From contig CAXXMR010000020.1 in the NCBI GenBank assembly GCA_963663805.2, positions 224,001 through 288,000 on the forward strand: 64,000 nt of DNA, read 5' to 3'. The notes under the pieces were generated by a model. The model did not search any database, was not told the DNA's origin, and worked only from the letters and a program-made list of their open reading frames with translations. The DNA is from Sedimentisphaerales bacterium. Its GTDB lineage: Bacteria; Planctomycetota; Phycisphaerae; Sedimentisphaerales; SM23-30. This document shows positions 1-10,680 of the stretch, piece by piece (positions within the stretch are counted from its first letter, which is position 1; each line of letters opens with the position of its first letter). The translations under genes were made by a program, and so were the position numbers.

Positions 1-793
1 TCTGCACCACTTCTATGGGGTAAACATGGATTTCCTGTTCCGCGATTTTTTCCTTACCGGTAAGAAAACGGTTTAGCAGTTCCGCCGCCTGAATACCGGA
101 GCGATAATGATCCAGTGATATGCTGGAAAGTTTGGGGTTTTGGGTCTCGCAGATTTCCTCCTCGTTATTAACACCTATCAGGCATATCTCGTAAGGTATG
201 CTGATATTCGCTTCCCGACAACACGAAATAATATCCGCGGCAATGGAATCCTCGCCGGCCATCACGCCGGTGAATTTCGATAAAGATTTCAGAAAAGATG
301 TTAATTCGGAATAGTCCAGATTGTTTCTCGGCCCCAGAAAAATTTCAGCATTGAAACCTGACTTTTCAATCTGACGAGAAAATCCCTGAGCCCTTTCCTG
401 AAAAATAACAGAGTCAGAATTGCCGCAAAACGCGAATTTCTTGTAACCCAAATTAATAAAATACTCAGCACCGCAAGAGCCAATCTCGGAATTATTACCC
501 AAAATCACCGGACAGCCGTCAACTTCCTTGTTGCAATCGCGATGAATAATTACAGGAACATCGAGCTGTAAGACCTCCTCAATCGCATTAAATGCCGCCG
601 AGGCGATAATACCGTTGGGTTGAAACTCTTTAATGGACTTTAAAACATCATTTTTGCTCTGCTGCTGAAAGGGCTTGAAGGTACTTAACAGCCAGGCATC
701 ATTGGTTGAGGCATACTCAGCAAGCCCCTTCCAGAGAAATCCTTCCCAGCCGGTCGGATGCAGATATAAAACTCGATATTGAGTGTGATTCAT
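1..793 (-). CDS. XylR-type (LacI-like sensor / AraC) transcriptional regulator, 3' part beyond window edge
   Basis: Not in ORF track. Manual translation from ATG at 793: MNHTQYRVLYLH...AEYFINLGYKKFAFCG...IPYEICLIGVNNEEEICETQNPKLSSISLDHYRSGIQAAELL, open to window start. Confidence 0.8.
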   Translation of the reverse strand, partial: MNHTQYRVLYLHPTGWEGFLWKGLAEYASTNDAWLLSTFKPFQQQSKNDVLKSIKEFQPNGIIASAAFNAIEEVLQLDVPVIIHRDCNKEVDGCPVILGNNSEIGSCGAEYFINLGYKKFAFCGNSDSVIFQERAQGFSRQIEKSGFNAEIFLGPRNNLDYSELTSFLKSLSKFTGVMAGEDSIAADIISCCREANISIPYEICLIGVNNEEEICETQNPKLSSISLDHYRSGIQAAELLNRFLTGKEKIAEQEIHVYPIEVVQ

Positions 794-915
794 GACGCAC
801 ACCATTACAAAGGTTATTATTGGCAATTATGCGGGGGGATTCTATCACGAACCACGAATAATAGCAATTGTTATCGCGAGCTTTTGCTTCAAACGTAATA
901 CGCCATTAAAATGAT

Positions 916-2358
916 TTAAAAAAACAAGTTATAGCTTTCCTGCCTTCGCCTTGGAGTGGCTGACAACCATGATTTTAGTGATGTGCCAGGAACTGAATCA
1001 GTTTTAAAAAGAGCCCGGCCGTTTGTCTGGATAATCTTTTTGTACCAGTAGCCCGAATCTTTGATCGTTCTTTTTTGAGTATTAAAATCTGTGTGAACAA
1101 TTCCAAATCTTTTGCTGTAGCCATGGGCCCACTCGAAGTTGTCCATGAGGGTCCAGAGGAAATAGCCGCTTACGTCAATTCCATCGGAACAGGCCTGAGC
1201 CAGCTTTTTCAGATATCTGGCAAAAAATTCTATACGCTGAGGGTCATGGACTCCACCGTCTTCCGATACCGCGTCATGGTTGGCCATGCCGTTTTCGGTA
1301 ATATAGATGGGTTTCTGATAACGCTCATAGAAAAATCTGGGGCCCCAGTATAGTGATTTAGGCTCGACTGACCAGTTCATCGGTGTATACCAATGTCCCG
1401 TTTCGCGAGGTATTTCCCGAACTTTCCCGTCTGCAAGGGACACTTGACGAGCGGTATAGATATTAACGCCCAGAAAGTCTATGGGCTGACTGATAATTTT
1501 CATTTCCTCGTCGGTATATGAAGGCAGATTGGGACCATAGGCCTCAATACACTGCTGCGGATATCTGCCCAGCAGCACCGGGTCCATCCACAATATGGAA
1601 TTATGGCAATCGTAGGGTTTGACGCTAAATGTATCCTGTCGGGCGGCTTCGATGTCATTTTCGGAATCTTCATCATACGGCACACTGCATAAACCTACCG
1701 GCGCATAACCTATACTGGCAGGCTGTTTTGTGATTGCACGTATTGCCTGGACCGCTTTGCCATGGCTGAGCATTACGTTATGTGCGGCACGAAGCACTTC
1801 AGGAAAAGCCAGCTCAATACCGGGGGCGTGCTCAGTTTTATAATGACCCAGACCAATGAAACATTGCGGCTCATTGAAAGTCATCCAGTTTTTAACCCGG
1901 TCATAAAAATGTTTTGCGATAAGCTCGGCATATTGAGCAAACCAATCGGTACATTGCGGGTTCAGCCAGCCGCCTTGCTCGTAGAGCTTCTGAGGATAAT
2001 CCCAGTGAAAAAGCGTGACAAATGGCTCAATATCGTTCTTGAGCAACTCATCGAACAAGCGCGAGTAGAAGTCCAGCCCCTTAGGGTTAGCTTCACCGAT
2101 ACCTTCGGGCAAAACCCGGGGCCAGGAAATGGACATGCGGTAATTCTTAATGCCGAGTTTTTTGATAATCTGCACGTCTTCTTTGAAACGGTGATAATGG
2201 TCGCAGGCAACCCGGCCGGACTGACTTTGAAATATAGCACCGGGCCTTTGACATTTAATATCCCAAACCGAGGGACCTTTGCCGTCGATATCCGCGGCAC
2301 CTTCGATTTGATACGCCGCACTTGCTGCACCCCATTTAAAATTTTCAGGAAAAGCCAT
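916..2358 (-). CDS. GH1 beta-glucosidase
   Basis: FPENFKWGAASAAYQIEG, TFNEP (acid/base), YITENG (nucleophile), DNFEW; start placed at MAFPENF after GGAG. Confidence 0.95.
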   Translation of the reverse strand: MAFPENFKWGAASAAYQIEGAADIDGKGPSVWDIKCQRPGAIFQSQSGRVACDHYHRFKEDVQIIKKLGIKNYRMSISWPRVLPEGIGEANPKGLDFYSRLFDELLKNDIEPFVTLFHWDYPQKLYEQGGWLNPQCTDWFAQYAELIAKHFYDRVKNWMTFNEPQCFIGLGHYKTEHAPGIELAFPEVLRAAHNVMLSHGKAVQAIRAITKQPASIGYAPVGLCSVPYDEDSENDIEAARQDTFSVKPYDCHNSILWMDPVLLGRYPQQCIEAYGPNLPSYTDEEMKIISQPIDFLGVNIYTARQVSLADGKVREIPRETGHWYTPMNWSVEPKSLYWGPRFFYERYQKPIYITENGMANHDAVSEDGGVHDPQRIEFFARYLKKLAQACSDGIDVSGYFLWTLMDNFEWAHGYSKRFGIVHTDFNTQKRTIKDSGYWYKKIIQTNGRALFKTDSVPGTSLKSWLSATPRRRQESYNLFF

Positions 2359-2832
2359 CAAATACTCCCATGTTACGAATTTGGCCTGTCGCATTTTTTC
2401 CCACAAACGGTACGGTAAACTCTGGCAGTAAAGTCAGATTGTTCGCGGTTCAGTTTTATTCAATTTAAAAAAGTGTTGTTGGTAGGAGAATATAAAACGT
2501 ACCAGTTGCCCGGCAGCTCGATATTTTAGTTTTGAGGGCATGACCGGCAACCCATGCCCGACTAACAGTCTATAATATTGACCAAACCAATGTCAAGGTG
2601 TTATTCAATATATTTCACATTATTTTTTCATTGAAGTTTAAAAAAATATCGAAACCCCGCAAGATTGCCCGCCGTAACCCTATTCAATACAATGCTTTAC
2701 GCCGCCAAAAGGACAGTGTTCAAATTGGTGTTTTTTATATTCAAAATGGCGGAGGAGATAAAAGCCTTTTCTGCTATACTCAATAAAGTTGAGCAAGAGA
2801 ACTTTTTCATTACTTACTTTGGAGGTCTAAAA

Positions 2833-4533
2833 ATGAAAAAATTGTTACCGGCAATGTTGTTGAGTTTATTGTTTGTCGCCGTTTGTTGGGGCGACACGGT
2901 TGAATGGTTAAATCTGGCCGGCGACCAGGATTTTAGCAATCCTTCCAACTGGTGGTTGCGCGACCCGAACGGCGGGGCCGGCTCTGCCGTCACTGCACTT
3001 GACCCCACTCATTTGTATTGGGTAGGTTTAAGTGATGCCGCAAACTACCCGATTATTAATTCGAGTGTTTCAACGGCTTTAATAGCTGTTGGTTCACCCT
3101 CGGGCGATGGTCGACTCGATATTTTGTCGGGCGATCTTATCGTGTCGGAGATTTTTTATGTCGGCAATAACAACACCACCAGCGTTATAAATTTCTCCGG
3201 CGGCTCGATTGACGCTGTTACCGTAAAGGTCGGTAATTCAGCCAACGGTGACGGCACAATGAACATTACCGGCGGTACTATTACCGGGATGCCCTCAATG
3301 TATATTGGTGAACTAAATGGCACCGGCACATTAAATATTGATACCGGCAGTACCTTTGAATTTGCCCACATGGCGCTTAGTAGTGGTGTTGCTGAACTTA
3401 ATATCGCTGCGGGCACGACCATCAATTCAAATGGTTTTATCAAATGTGGTGGTATTGAAAACCAAACCGGTGGTGACGCAACCATGAATATCGCAGGCAC
3501 TTTGAATATCAAAAAGGTCGATTCGAGTTTTGGCTGGCTGGGTGTCGGCTGGATAGCTGATACTACCGCTACTGTCAATGTCACCGATAATGGTATTTTG
3601 ACGGTAGAAAGCTGGTGTGATTTTAGCAATGGTTCTGCGGCAGATACTCAAATGCTCGTTAAGGACAATGGCCAGGTTACGTTTGCCGGCTCGGTTAAGT
3701 TTGGCGAAGCAGGCACCTGCACCGCCACTTTAACTGACAACGCCTCGGTAACTGCATCCAGCAGTGTCCAGGTTGGCACAACCTCAACTGGAAATGGCAC
3801 ATTAACCATGCTGGGCAACAGTACTTTTAGTGCCCTCGACAGTTACACCAATGCCGGTAATCAAAGCGGTCATGGCGAAATTATAATTGGCGAAAATGCC
3901 GCTTATACCGCCAATCGCGTCAATGTCGCCTTCAACAGTGCCTCCGGTGTGGTAACCGTAAAGGATAGCGGAACCCTGACCACTACCACAGGCAATTTCA
4001 CTGCCCAGAATGAAGGTGTACTGGAAGTGCTCGGCCCTGACGCCACCGTATCCATCGGCGGAAATCTGAGCATGACCCAAAGCGGCTCCCGGCTGATTTA
4101 TAAAACCGATACGGTTGGCAATTTTGTCAGCGGCATCAATATCGCAGGCACCGCTACCCTGAGTAATTACCTCGAGATCGGCCTGCTGGAAGGTGCGGTC
4201 CTCTATAGCGGTACTTATGAAGTAACCGTCTTGACCGCGTCAACAATTGATATCTCAGGATTGCAAGGTATTGATTGCAGTGAGGGATGCATGACGGTAA
4301 ACTCTTACCGGGTTGACGACAATGGCGATGGAACATACTCCCTGATAGTCAGTTTCGAGATAGACGTCCCGGTAGATTGTGCCGACGTTTACGCTCGCGG
4401 CTTTGGTTATGCCACTGATATCAATGAGGACTGTTCGGTGGACCTGAATGATTTCGCCCTGATGGCGGCAGAATGGCTCTTCTGCAACGACCCGCTGGAC
4501 GCGTTCTGCACAAATCCTAACTGGAACAGGTAA
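2833..4533 (+). CDS. Exported Gly/Thr/Asn-rich beta-strand-repeat protein with C-terminal dockerin-like domain
   Basis: GGAGG RBS then signal peptide MKKLLPAMLL; repeated GxGTLNIxG units; C-terminal DINEDCSVDLNDFALMAAEWLFC. Confidence 0.8.
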   Translation: MKKLLPAMLLSLLFVAVCWGDTVEWLNLAGDQDFSNPSNWWLRDPNGGAGSAVTALDPTHLYWVGLSDAANYPIINSSVSTALIAVGSPSGDGRLDILSGDLIVSEIFYVGNNNTTSVINFSGGSIDAVTVKVGNSANGDGTMNITGGTITGMPSMYIGELNGTGTLNIDTGSTFEFAHMALSSGVAELNIAAGTTINSNGFIKCGGIENQTGGDATMNIAGTLNIKKVDSSFGWLGVGWIADTTATVNVTDNGILTVESWCDFSNGSAADTQMLVKDNGQVTFAGSVKFGEAGTCTATLTDNASVTASSSVQVGTTSTGNGTLTMLGNSTFSALDSYTNAGNQSGHGEIIIGENAAYTANRVNVAFNSASGVVTVKDSGTLTTTTGNFTAQNEGVLEVLGPDATVSIGGNLSMTQSGSRLIYKTDTVGNFVSGINIAGTATLSNYLEIGLLEGAVLYSGTYEVTVLTASTIDISGLQGIDCSEGCMTVNSYRVDDNGDGTYSLIVSFEIDVPVDCADVYARGFGYATDINEDCSVDLNDFALMAAEWLFCNDPLDAFCTNPNWNR

Positions 4534-4613
4534 TATAATGGAGTAAGATGCGGACCGGTCGCTCACAACGGGCGGCCGGTCTGTTATTGCCAGGCTTTCG
4601 AAAAGGAATCGAG

Positions 4614-5435
4614 ATGCAAAATCATAGCAAGAACGCATTTACTCTGGTTGAATTATTGGTGGTGGTTGCGATAATCGCGCTGCTGGTTTCAATTCTGCTG
4701 CCGGCCCTGGGAAAGGCTCGAGAAGAAGCCAAAAGAACAGTTTGTGTTTCCAATCTACGCAGCACCATGCTCTCTTCCATGACTTACATGGTTGACAACA
4801 AAGATAAATTCCCTCATCAAAACGCGGCCAAGGTTTACAATGGACATCGTTATATCAGCCACGGCCTGACCAGCCCAAACCCCGACACGGGATTATGCTG
4901 GGCCTATAATTTGCTAAACTATCTTGACCTGGAAAAAAATCCCGAACTGCTTCATTGCCCGTCACTGCAGAAAGACGTAATGGAAGATGAAAATGTAAAC
5001 GAGATACCCTTGACTTATCTGGCCAATGGAGTGGTTACCACTTTTGGTGGCAGCAGAATCCGCAGAACCAGCGATTTCATCGTGATCGCCGACGGTTATT
5101 CCTCAATGTACGGTGTGGGTACCCATCCTTACTTTAACACTTTTAATGGCTGTGACCCGGAAAAACCCACCGAAGATAAAGTTTATGGCGTAAACTGGAT
5201 GAGGCAGGTGAACGCCACCCCGGATGACATGACATACGGCCTGTATAATGAATATGCCAGTCGACCCCATGACGGCGGACGTAATTATGCGTTTATGGAC
5301 GGCCATGTCCAGTATCTGAAATATGGAGAAGCGACCTGCGGCATGTTTGGCCTGGAAATCCTGGGACGACGCAATGCGCTGGAAGAAGATGTCGCCGCCT
5401 CCGATATGCGCAGACGAGGCTACATTGCCTATTAA
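4614..5435 (+). CDS. Prepilin-type N-terminal methylation / DUF1559 protein with H-X9-DG motif
   Basis: [30 protein letters not shown]...C.SNLR; C-terminal [14 protein letters not shown]. Confidence 0.92.
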   Translation: MQNHSKNAFTLVELLVVVAIIALLVSILLPALGKAREEAKRTVCVSNLRSTMLSSMTYMVDNKDKFPHQNAAKVYNGHRYISHGLTSPNPDTGLCWAYNLLNYLDLEKNPELLHCPSLQKDVMEDENVNEIPLTYLANGVVTTFGGSRIRRTSDFIVIADGYSSMYGVGTHPYFNTFNGCDPEKPTEDKVYGVNWMRQVNATPDDMTYGLYNEYASRPHDGGRNYAFMDGHVQYLKYGEATCGMFGLEILGRRNALEEDVAASDMRRRGYIAY

Positions 5436-5518
5436 CCCCCAAAGAGGTTTAACGCAAATCCCAGTGCTGATATACTGCCTCCCCCAGGCATTTATTATTC
5501 TTTTTATTGGAGATAATT

Positions 5519-6835
5519 GTGCGCACAGTAAGACACACAATATTTTTTCTCACCTGCCTTTTACTGATTAGCTCCTCACAGGCCGAAGTCAGCTTTATAG
5601 CCAATGAATCGGTGGTTTATAGGTGCCAATCACCTCAGGAAAATTGTTTGTACAACCCTACGATTGTCGCAGGCCGGAACAATCGCCTGATAATAGGTTT
5701 TGAGATATCCGGTCCTGAAACGTCAGACCTTGTTAACAAAATCGGCAGCGGTAAGAATCGTATTTATGTTTCCGATGATGACGGGGCAAGCTGGCAATAT
5801 CGCACCAACTTTGAAATGATGCAGGAACGGCTCTTCGCCGCCGACGGTGTAATCTATCTGATAGGCCATGTCGGTCATCGCGGCGACCTGCTGATTATAC
5901 AATCTCGCGACAATGGCGACACCTGGTCCGCCCCTGTCCAGCTAACCACCGGCCAGCTCTGGCACAGCAGTGCCCACAATGTCATCCGCAAAGGCCGTTA
6001 TGTTTATATGGTAATGGAACGCAACGATGTAAATGAGATGAAAAAAACCTGGGATGTCAGCGAAATGACCCCGGCCCTGATGAGGGGCGATATCAGCAGA
6101 GGTTTAATGTCGCCGGAGGCCTGGACATTTGCTGACCCTCTGCCGTTTTGTCAGGCGGTCGAGGATAAGGACATGGAATATTTCGGCGTGCCCTTTTTCG
6201 ATGCCTATTATCCTAAGAAAACACTGCTCAAGCCGCATTGCGGTTTCCCGCCGGTGGGCTGGCTGGAATCAAATGTAGTGCAGATTTCCGATCCGAAACA
6301 TTACTGGTACGACCCTAACGGGAAGACTTTCCATATTTTTTCGCGAGCCCATACCGGCCGAACCAATCTGGCCGCCATGCTAAAGGCCGTTGAACAGCCC
6401 GACGGCACAATCAAAACCATGCTCGAAACGGCACCCTCGGGCAAAAAGCTGGTTTATGTCCCTCTGCCCGGCGGCCAGATGAAATTCTATGTACTCTATG
6501 ATGAGACCAGCAAGATGTACTGGCTCTTGAGTACGCAATCAACCGACAGTATGACACGGGTGGAAATGCTGCCCGAGGGACGCTACGGCGCTCCTGATAA
6601 TGAGCGACGACGCCTGCAATTGCATTTCTCCCGGAACATGGTAGACTGGTGCTTTGCCGGAATGGTAGCCATCGGACCATCCGAAAAAAGTTCCCGACAT
6701 TACGCGAGCATGGAAATAGATGATGACGATTTAGTCATACTCAGCCGTTCGGGCGACCTCAACGCCAGGGACGCCCATAACGGTAATATCATAACTTTCC
6801 ATCGAGTCAAAAATTTCCGGAATCTGATTTATTAA
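5519..6835 (+). CDS. Exported BNR/Asp-box (sialidase-fold) protein, paralog 1
   Basis: Signal peptide; Asp-boxes SDDDGASW and SRDNGDTW; GTG start after GGAG. Confidence 0.8.
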   Translation: MRTVRHTIFFLTCLLLISSSQAEVSFIANESVVYRCQSPQENCLYNPTIVAGRNNRLIIGFEISGPETSDLVNKIGSGKNRIYVSDDDGASWQYRTNFEMMQERLFAADGVIYLIGHVGHRGDLLIIQSRDNGDTWSAPVQLTTGQLWHSSAHNVIRKGRYVYMVMERNDVNEMKKTWDVSEMTPALMRGDISRGLMSPEAWTFADPLPFCQAVEDKDMEYFGVPFFDAYYPKKTLLKPHCGFPPVGWLESNVVQISDPKHYWYDPNGKTFHIFSRAHTGRTNLAAMLKAVEQPDGTIKTMLETAPSGKKLVYVPLPGGQMKFYVLYDETSKMYWLLSTQSTDSMTRVEMLPEGRYGAPDNERRRLQLHFSRNMVDWCFAGMVAIGPSEKSSRHYASMEIDDDDLVILSRSGDLNARDAHNGNIITFHRVKNFRNLIY

Positions 6836-6847
6836 AGGTGTTGAATC

Positions 6848-8173
6848 ATGAACAAAAAAATATTTACGGTTTTAATGATTTTTTGCTGCGGGGCAGAATT
6901 ATCTTGGGCGACGGACCTTTGCTGGCGGGTCAAACCCATTGCCACAGAGTCCATTGTCGCCCAGTCGCCCGACCCGGACAAAACGGTTTTATACGGCCCG
7001 ACAATCACTGTCGGTATAAACGGCCGATTGATTGTGGCTTTTGAGGTATCCGGGACCGCCATAGCTCAATCCAATCCGACCGGAACCGGCAAAAATCTGA
7101 TTTACGTTTCGGACAACAAGGGGATAAGCTGGAACTATCGACGTAATTATGAAATGATGCAGAGCCGCCTCTTTACGGTGGGCAGTGATATTTATCTACT
7201 GGGCCATATCGGCCATCGCGGGGATGTGCAGATTATGAAATCAGAGAATAACGGCCATACCTGGACCGAGCCGGCCCAGCTTACCAGCGGTGAATCGTGG
7301 AGTGCCAGCTCGAATAATGTTATCAGCAAGGGCCAATATGTTTACACGGTCATGGAACGCAATGATGTTGATTATCTGACCAATACCTGGGATGTCAGCG
7401 AGGCAACTCCCGTTTTGATGCGCGGCGATACCACCCAGGACCTCACCACTGCCGCCGCCTGGACCTTCGCCGGCCCTATGCCGTTTTGTGAGACCATCGA
7501 AGATCACGATCTGGACCATTTCGGCGTGCCGTTTTTCGGGGCCTATTATCCCAACAAGATTATGCTCGCCGATGGCCTGGGCTTCCCGCCTGTGGGCTGG
7601 CTGGAATCTAACGTGGTCCAGATCACCGATCCGGCCCATTATTGGTACGATGAAACCGGCAGTACTTTCCACATCTTCTCACGCGCTCACACCGGAAAAA
7701 CCAACCTCGCCACAGTCATCAAGGCTGTCGAGCAATCTGACGGTTCCATAGAAACCATGCTGGAAACCGCACCTTCCGGCAAGACCAACCTCTATGTCCC
7801 CCTGCCGGGCGGGCAGATGAAATTCTTTGTCCTTTATGACGATGTAAGTCAGCTCTATTGGCTCTTGAGCACCCAATCTACTGACAGCATGACGCGCGTG
7901 GAAATGCTGCCCGAAGACCGCTACGGCGCCCCGGACAATGAACGCCGTCGCCTGCAACTGCATTTCTCCAAAAATATGGTCGACTGGTGTTTTGCCTGTA
8001 TGGTAGCTGTGGGATCATCGGAGAAGGCCTCGCGACATTATGCCAGTATGGTAATCGACGGCCGCGACCTGCTAATCCTCAGTCGCTCCGGTGACCAGAA
8101 CGCCCAGAACGCCCATAATGGCAATCTAATCACTTTCCATAAAATCGAGTTCTTCCGCAGACTGGCGTATTGA
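6848..8173 (+). CDS. Exported BNR/Asp-box (sialidase-fold) protein, paralog 2
   Basis: Signal peptide; SDNKGISW and SENNGHTW; long identical blocks shared with paralog 1. Confidence 0.8.
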   Translation: MNKKIFTVLMIFCCGAELSWATDLCWRVKPIATESIVAQSPDPDKTVLYGPTITVGINGRLIVAFEVSGTAIAQSNPTGTGKNLIYVSDNKGISWNYRRNYEMMQSRLFTVGSDIYLLGHIGHRGDVQIMKSENNGHTWTEPAQLTSGESWSASSNNVISKGQYVYTVMERNDVDYLTNTWDVSEATPVLMRGDTTQDLTTAAAWTFAGPMPFCETIEDHDLDHFGVPFFGAYYPNKIMLADGLGFPPVGWLESNVVQITDPAHYWYDETGSTFHIFSRAHTGKTNLATVIKAVEQSDGSIETMLETAPSGKTNLYVPLPGGQMKFFVLYDDVSQLYWLLSTQSTDSMTRVEMLPEDRYGAPDNERRRLQLHFSKNMVDWCFACMVAVGSSEKASRHYASMVIDGRDLLILSRSGDQNAQNAHNGNLITFHKIEFFRRLAY

Positions 8174-8377
8174 AAATCCGGGTTTAACCGATTCGGTACT
8201 TCCCGGGTTCCTTCAGCACTCTGCGACAAATAGTAGCCCATTGTTCCATATCTGTATATATCTCCCCGATGACAACTACAGTACGGAACGGCATAATTAC
8301 AAATTTTTAAGCAAAACAGTTCCGAGATTTTCCCCTTTTTTAACTGACAGTTTGCCTATTTCCGCCCTCTTTATTTT

Positions 8378-8854
8378 TTGTTGGGAAATACCCAAGAGAC
8401 CTTAGAACATTACGAATGGTATCAAAAAAACTACCCGGGAGATTCTGGTTTTGCTTTGAATTTCCTGTGTTGGGCGATCACATTATTCCGTCATGGAAAT
8501 CGTGAAGAAGCCGAAAAGAAATTTATAAACACCATGCTGTCAAACATTCACCTAATCCCATATATATTGGGACATGAAACACCTTCTCTGGATTCATGGG
8601 AGGATCGGTATTTTAACGAGTTAATGGAGATCGAAAACTTTCCTCATGAAATTCTCGAATGTATTACAAGCGAAGAAATGGAATGGGTATCCACAGTTTA
8701 TAACAGTTCAAAAATAACGGCCATCCGCAAGGCATACACCACTATTGATGGCCAGCTGGAACATCTTCCACGAGGAGAGAAAAGGGCGAAATTATGTGAC
8801 GAACTTTTTAAAATAAGGGCTCTGGATTTCAGCGGAATAAATCTTCCAGAATAG
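8378..8854 (+). pseudogene. Helical (TPR-like) hypothetical protein, probably 5'-truncated
   Basis: 158-aa ORF, TTG start without clear RBS, in-frame stop at 8345; lies at the edge of the mobile region. Confidence 0.4.
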
Positions 8855-8995
8855 ACTTGCCCCACTCAAAAATTCATGCTTGTTGAAATCTAGTAAGCTG
8901 CCGATCGGAAAGCTTGCAGTTTTATCAGTGAAACATATGACGGATTTATATGGGTGTTTAAGGGCGATCAATATCAAACAACCAAAGTGGAAAGT

Positions 8996-10189
8996 ATGCA
9001 CCACAACATTGAAACTCTCAGCTTTGTCATATCCTATCTCATCAAGGCCGTAGTTTTAGCCGCTCAATTTTCCGGCCGGGCCAGAAAACGCCAACTGAAG
9101 CGAGTAGCCCAAATGGATATTGACGAAAAGGATAAGGAAATATTCTTTCTTCGTGACAAAGTTTATCAGCAGGCCATTCAAATCAGCATATTACAGAAAG
9201 GCTTGAAGAAAAAAGACACCAACAAACGCTATACGCTTGACGAGAAATTGTTCATCCTGAATTACGTCGAAACTTTTCAGATTCCCAGGAACAAGCTCTC
9301 TGAGTATGTCGGCATCGCCAAATCAACTTACTATCGCTGGATGCGCAATATTGAAACCCAAGTCAAACATAGGACTCCCGCTAACAAAACGCCTGCCGAG
9401 ATCGCCGCATTAGCCTGGGAGATTGCTAAGAATAATACCAACTGGGGCAGAATGAGGATAGCCAGCCAACTGGCCTTGCTGAAAGTTTTTATTTCAGCAT
9501 CCACCGTCAGAAATATCCTCAATCGTCCTCAGCCTAGAAAACCGAAAAATCTTCCGAGTAAACAGAAAATTAAAGAACAAGTGAAAGTTCGTTCTATTCC
9601 TGCTTGGTATCCCAACCATGTCTGGTCAATTGACAACACGTCAGTGTTCTGCTGGGGGCTCTGGGAAATTCATGTTTGCCTGATTATCGATCATTACTCG
9701 CGAAAGATCATGGCAGTTGCTCCGCTGGAAGGCAGAAACGCAGGCTGGGTATGCGAACTATTGGATAACACCATCGAAAAATATGCCCCCCCCAAACACA
9801 TCATCTCCGATCAGGGTAGCGTTTTCATTAGCCAGGCTTTCAATGATCTATTGGGAGATAACATCAAACACCGCTATGGAGCTATTGGCAAACATGGCTC
9901 AATTGCCGTGACGGAAAGGGCCAACAAAACCCTCAAATACGAATGGCTCAAAAGAGTCGCTCTCATCAGAGGTTTTAAGCACTTAACCGAACTTTGCGAT
10001 GAATTTCAAACCTGGTACGACCAATGGCGGCCCCACATGACGCTCGACGGTTTAAGGCCGGATGATGTATTCTATGGCAACCCACCAGAAATGCCGGGCC
10101 ATGATGCTAAAGAAGTGCCGCCCAATATTGAGCAACGGTTTTTCAGCCAAACTCGAACAATGGGCTATCGGCTAAAACAGTCTGCTTGA
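8996..10189 (+). CDS. DDE transposase with rve integrase core (IS3/IS481-like)
   Basis: HTH (VGIAKSTYYRW), WGRMRIASQL, WSIDNT, IIDHYSR, IISDQGSVF, ERANKTLKYE, WYDQWRPHMTLDG. Ends not confidently located. Confidence 0.88.
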   Translation: MHHNIETLSFVISYLIKAVVLAAQFSGRARKRQLKRVAQMDIDEKDKEIFFLRDKVYQQAIQISILQKGLKKKDTNKRYTLDEKLFILNYVETFQIPRNKLSEYVGIAKSTYYRWMRNIETQVKHRTPANKTPAEIAALAWEIAKNNTNWGRMRIASQLALLKVFISASTVRNILNRPQPRKPKNLPSKQKIKEQVKVRSIPAWYPNHVWSIDNTSVFCWGLWEIHVCLIIDHYSRKIMAVAPLEGRNAGWVCELLDNTIEKYAPPKHIISDQGSVFISQAFNDLLGDNIKHRYGAIGKHGSIAVTERANKTLKYEWLKRVALIRGFKHLTELCDEFQTWYDQWRPHMTLDGLRPDDVFYGNPPEMPGHDAKEVPPNIEQRFFSQTRTMGYRLKQSA

Positions 10190-10407
10190 ATCTTGGTGAC
10201 TCCAAGGCTTAACTGCGGTATCGTTCTGCGCAGATTTCGCGTTTTGCCGACAAGCCTGCCGAAAATCTGACGATTTACTATTCAATGCACTTCACCAACG
10301 CTGAATCTGAACTCATATTAACTTGAAAAAGAGCAAAATTTTTAATTTTCAACCGCTCAAAAGCGGTATCTCGCTTGCTTGACAAGTACAAGGTTACGCT
10401 GCTTACG

Positions 10408-10551
10408 CTATTGAACAGCTATATCGAGTAATATTAGTTTTGAGTCGCAGCCTTTAGGGATGATAATATTTATATAATTAATACCGTTAACAATCGTTTC
10501 TTTTGGCACAATCCAAGCCGCTAACGAGTTTTTATTACCCAGTCCGTCTTT
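10408..10551 (-). pseudogene. 3'-terminal remnant of a gene cut by the IS21
   Basis: Open frame KDGLGNKNSLAAWIVPKETIVNGINYINIIIPKGCDSKLILLDIAVQ* begins at the IS21 end. Confidence 0.4.
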
Positions 10552-10680
10552 TATGGTGATTAGCATTGAAAATGGAGCCAGATTTGCATCGAAATCTGAG
10601 CCACTTAGGTTAGTAAAATAACGCCGATTTCGGCGTTGTCAATAGGGATTCTGGTCCTTTTTCGTTGGATTGAGGCTTTC

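Noticed and set aside
2536..2560. GGGCATG...CATGCCC hairpin upstream of GH1 as a riboswitch
   Set aside because: No recognisable riboswitch consensus.
5519..8173. Diversity-generating retroelement TR/VR pair
   Set aside because: Differences are mostly synonymous and not adenine-specific, and no reverse transcriptase is present.
8855..10390. Terminal inverted repeats for the rve transposase
   Set aside because: Only a weak ACTTG match at the candidate ends, so boundaries were not called.
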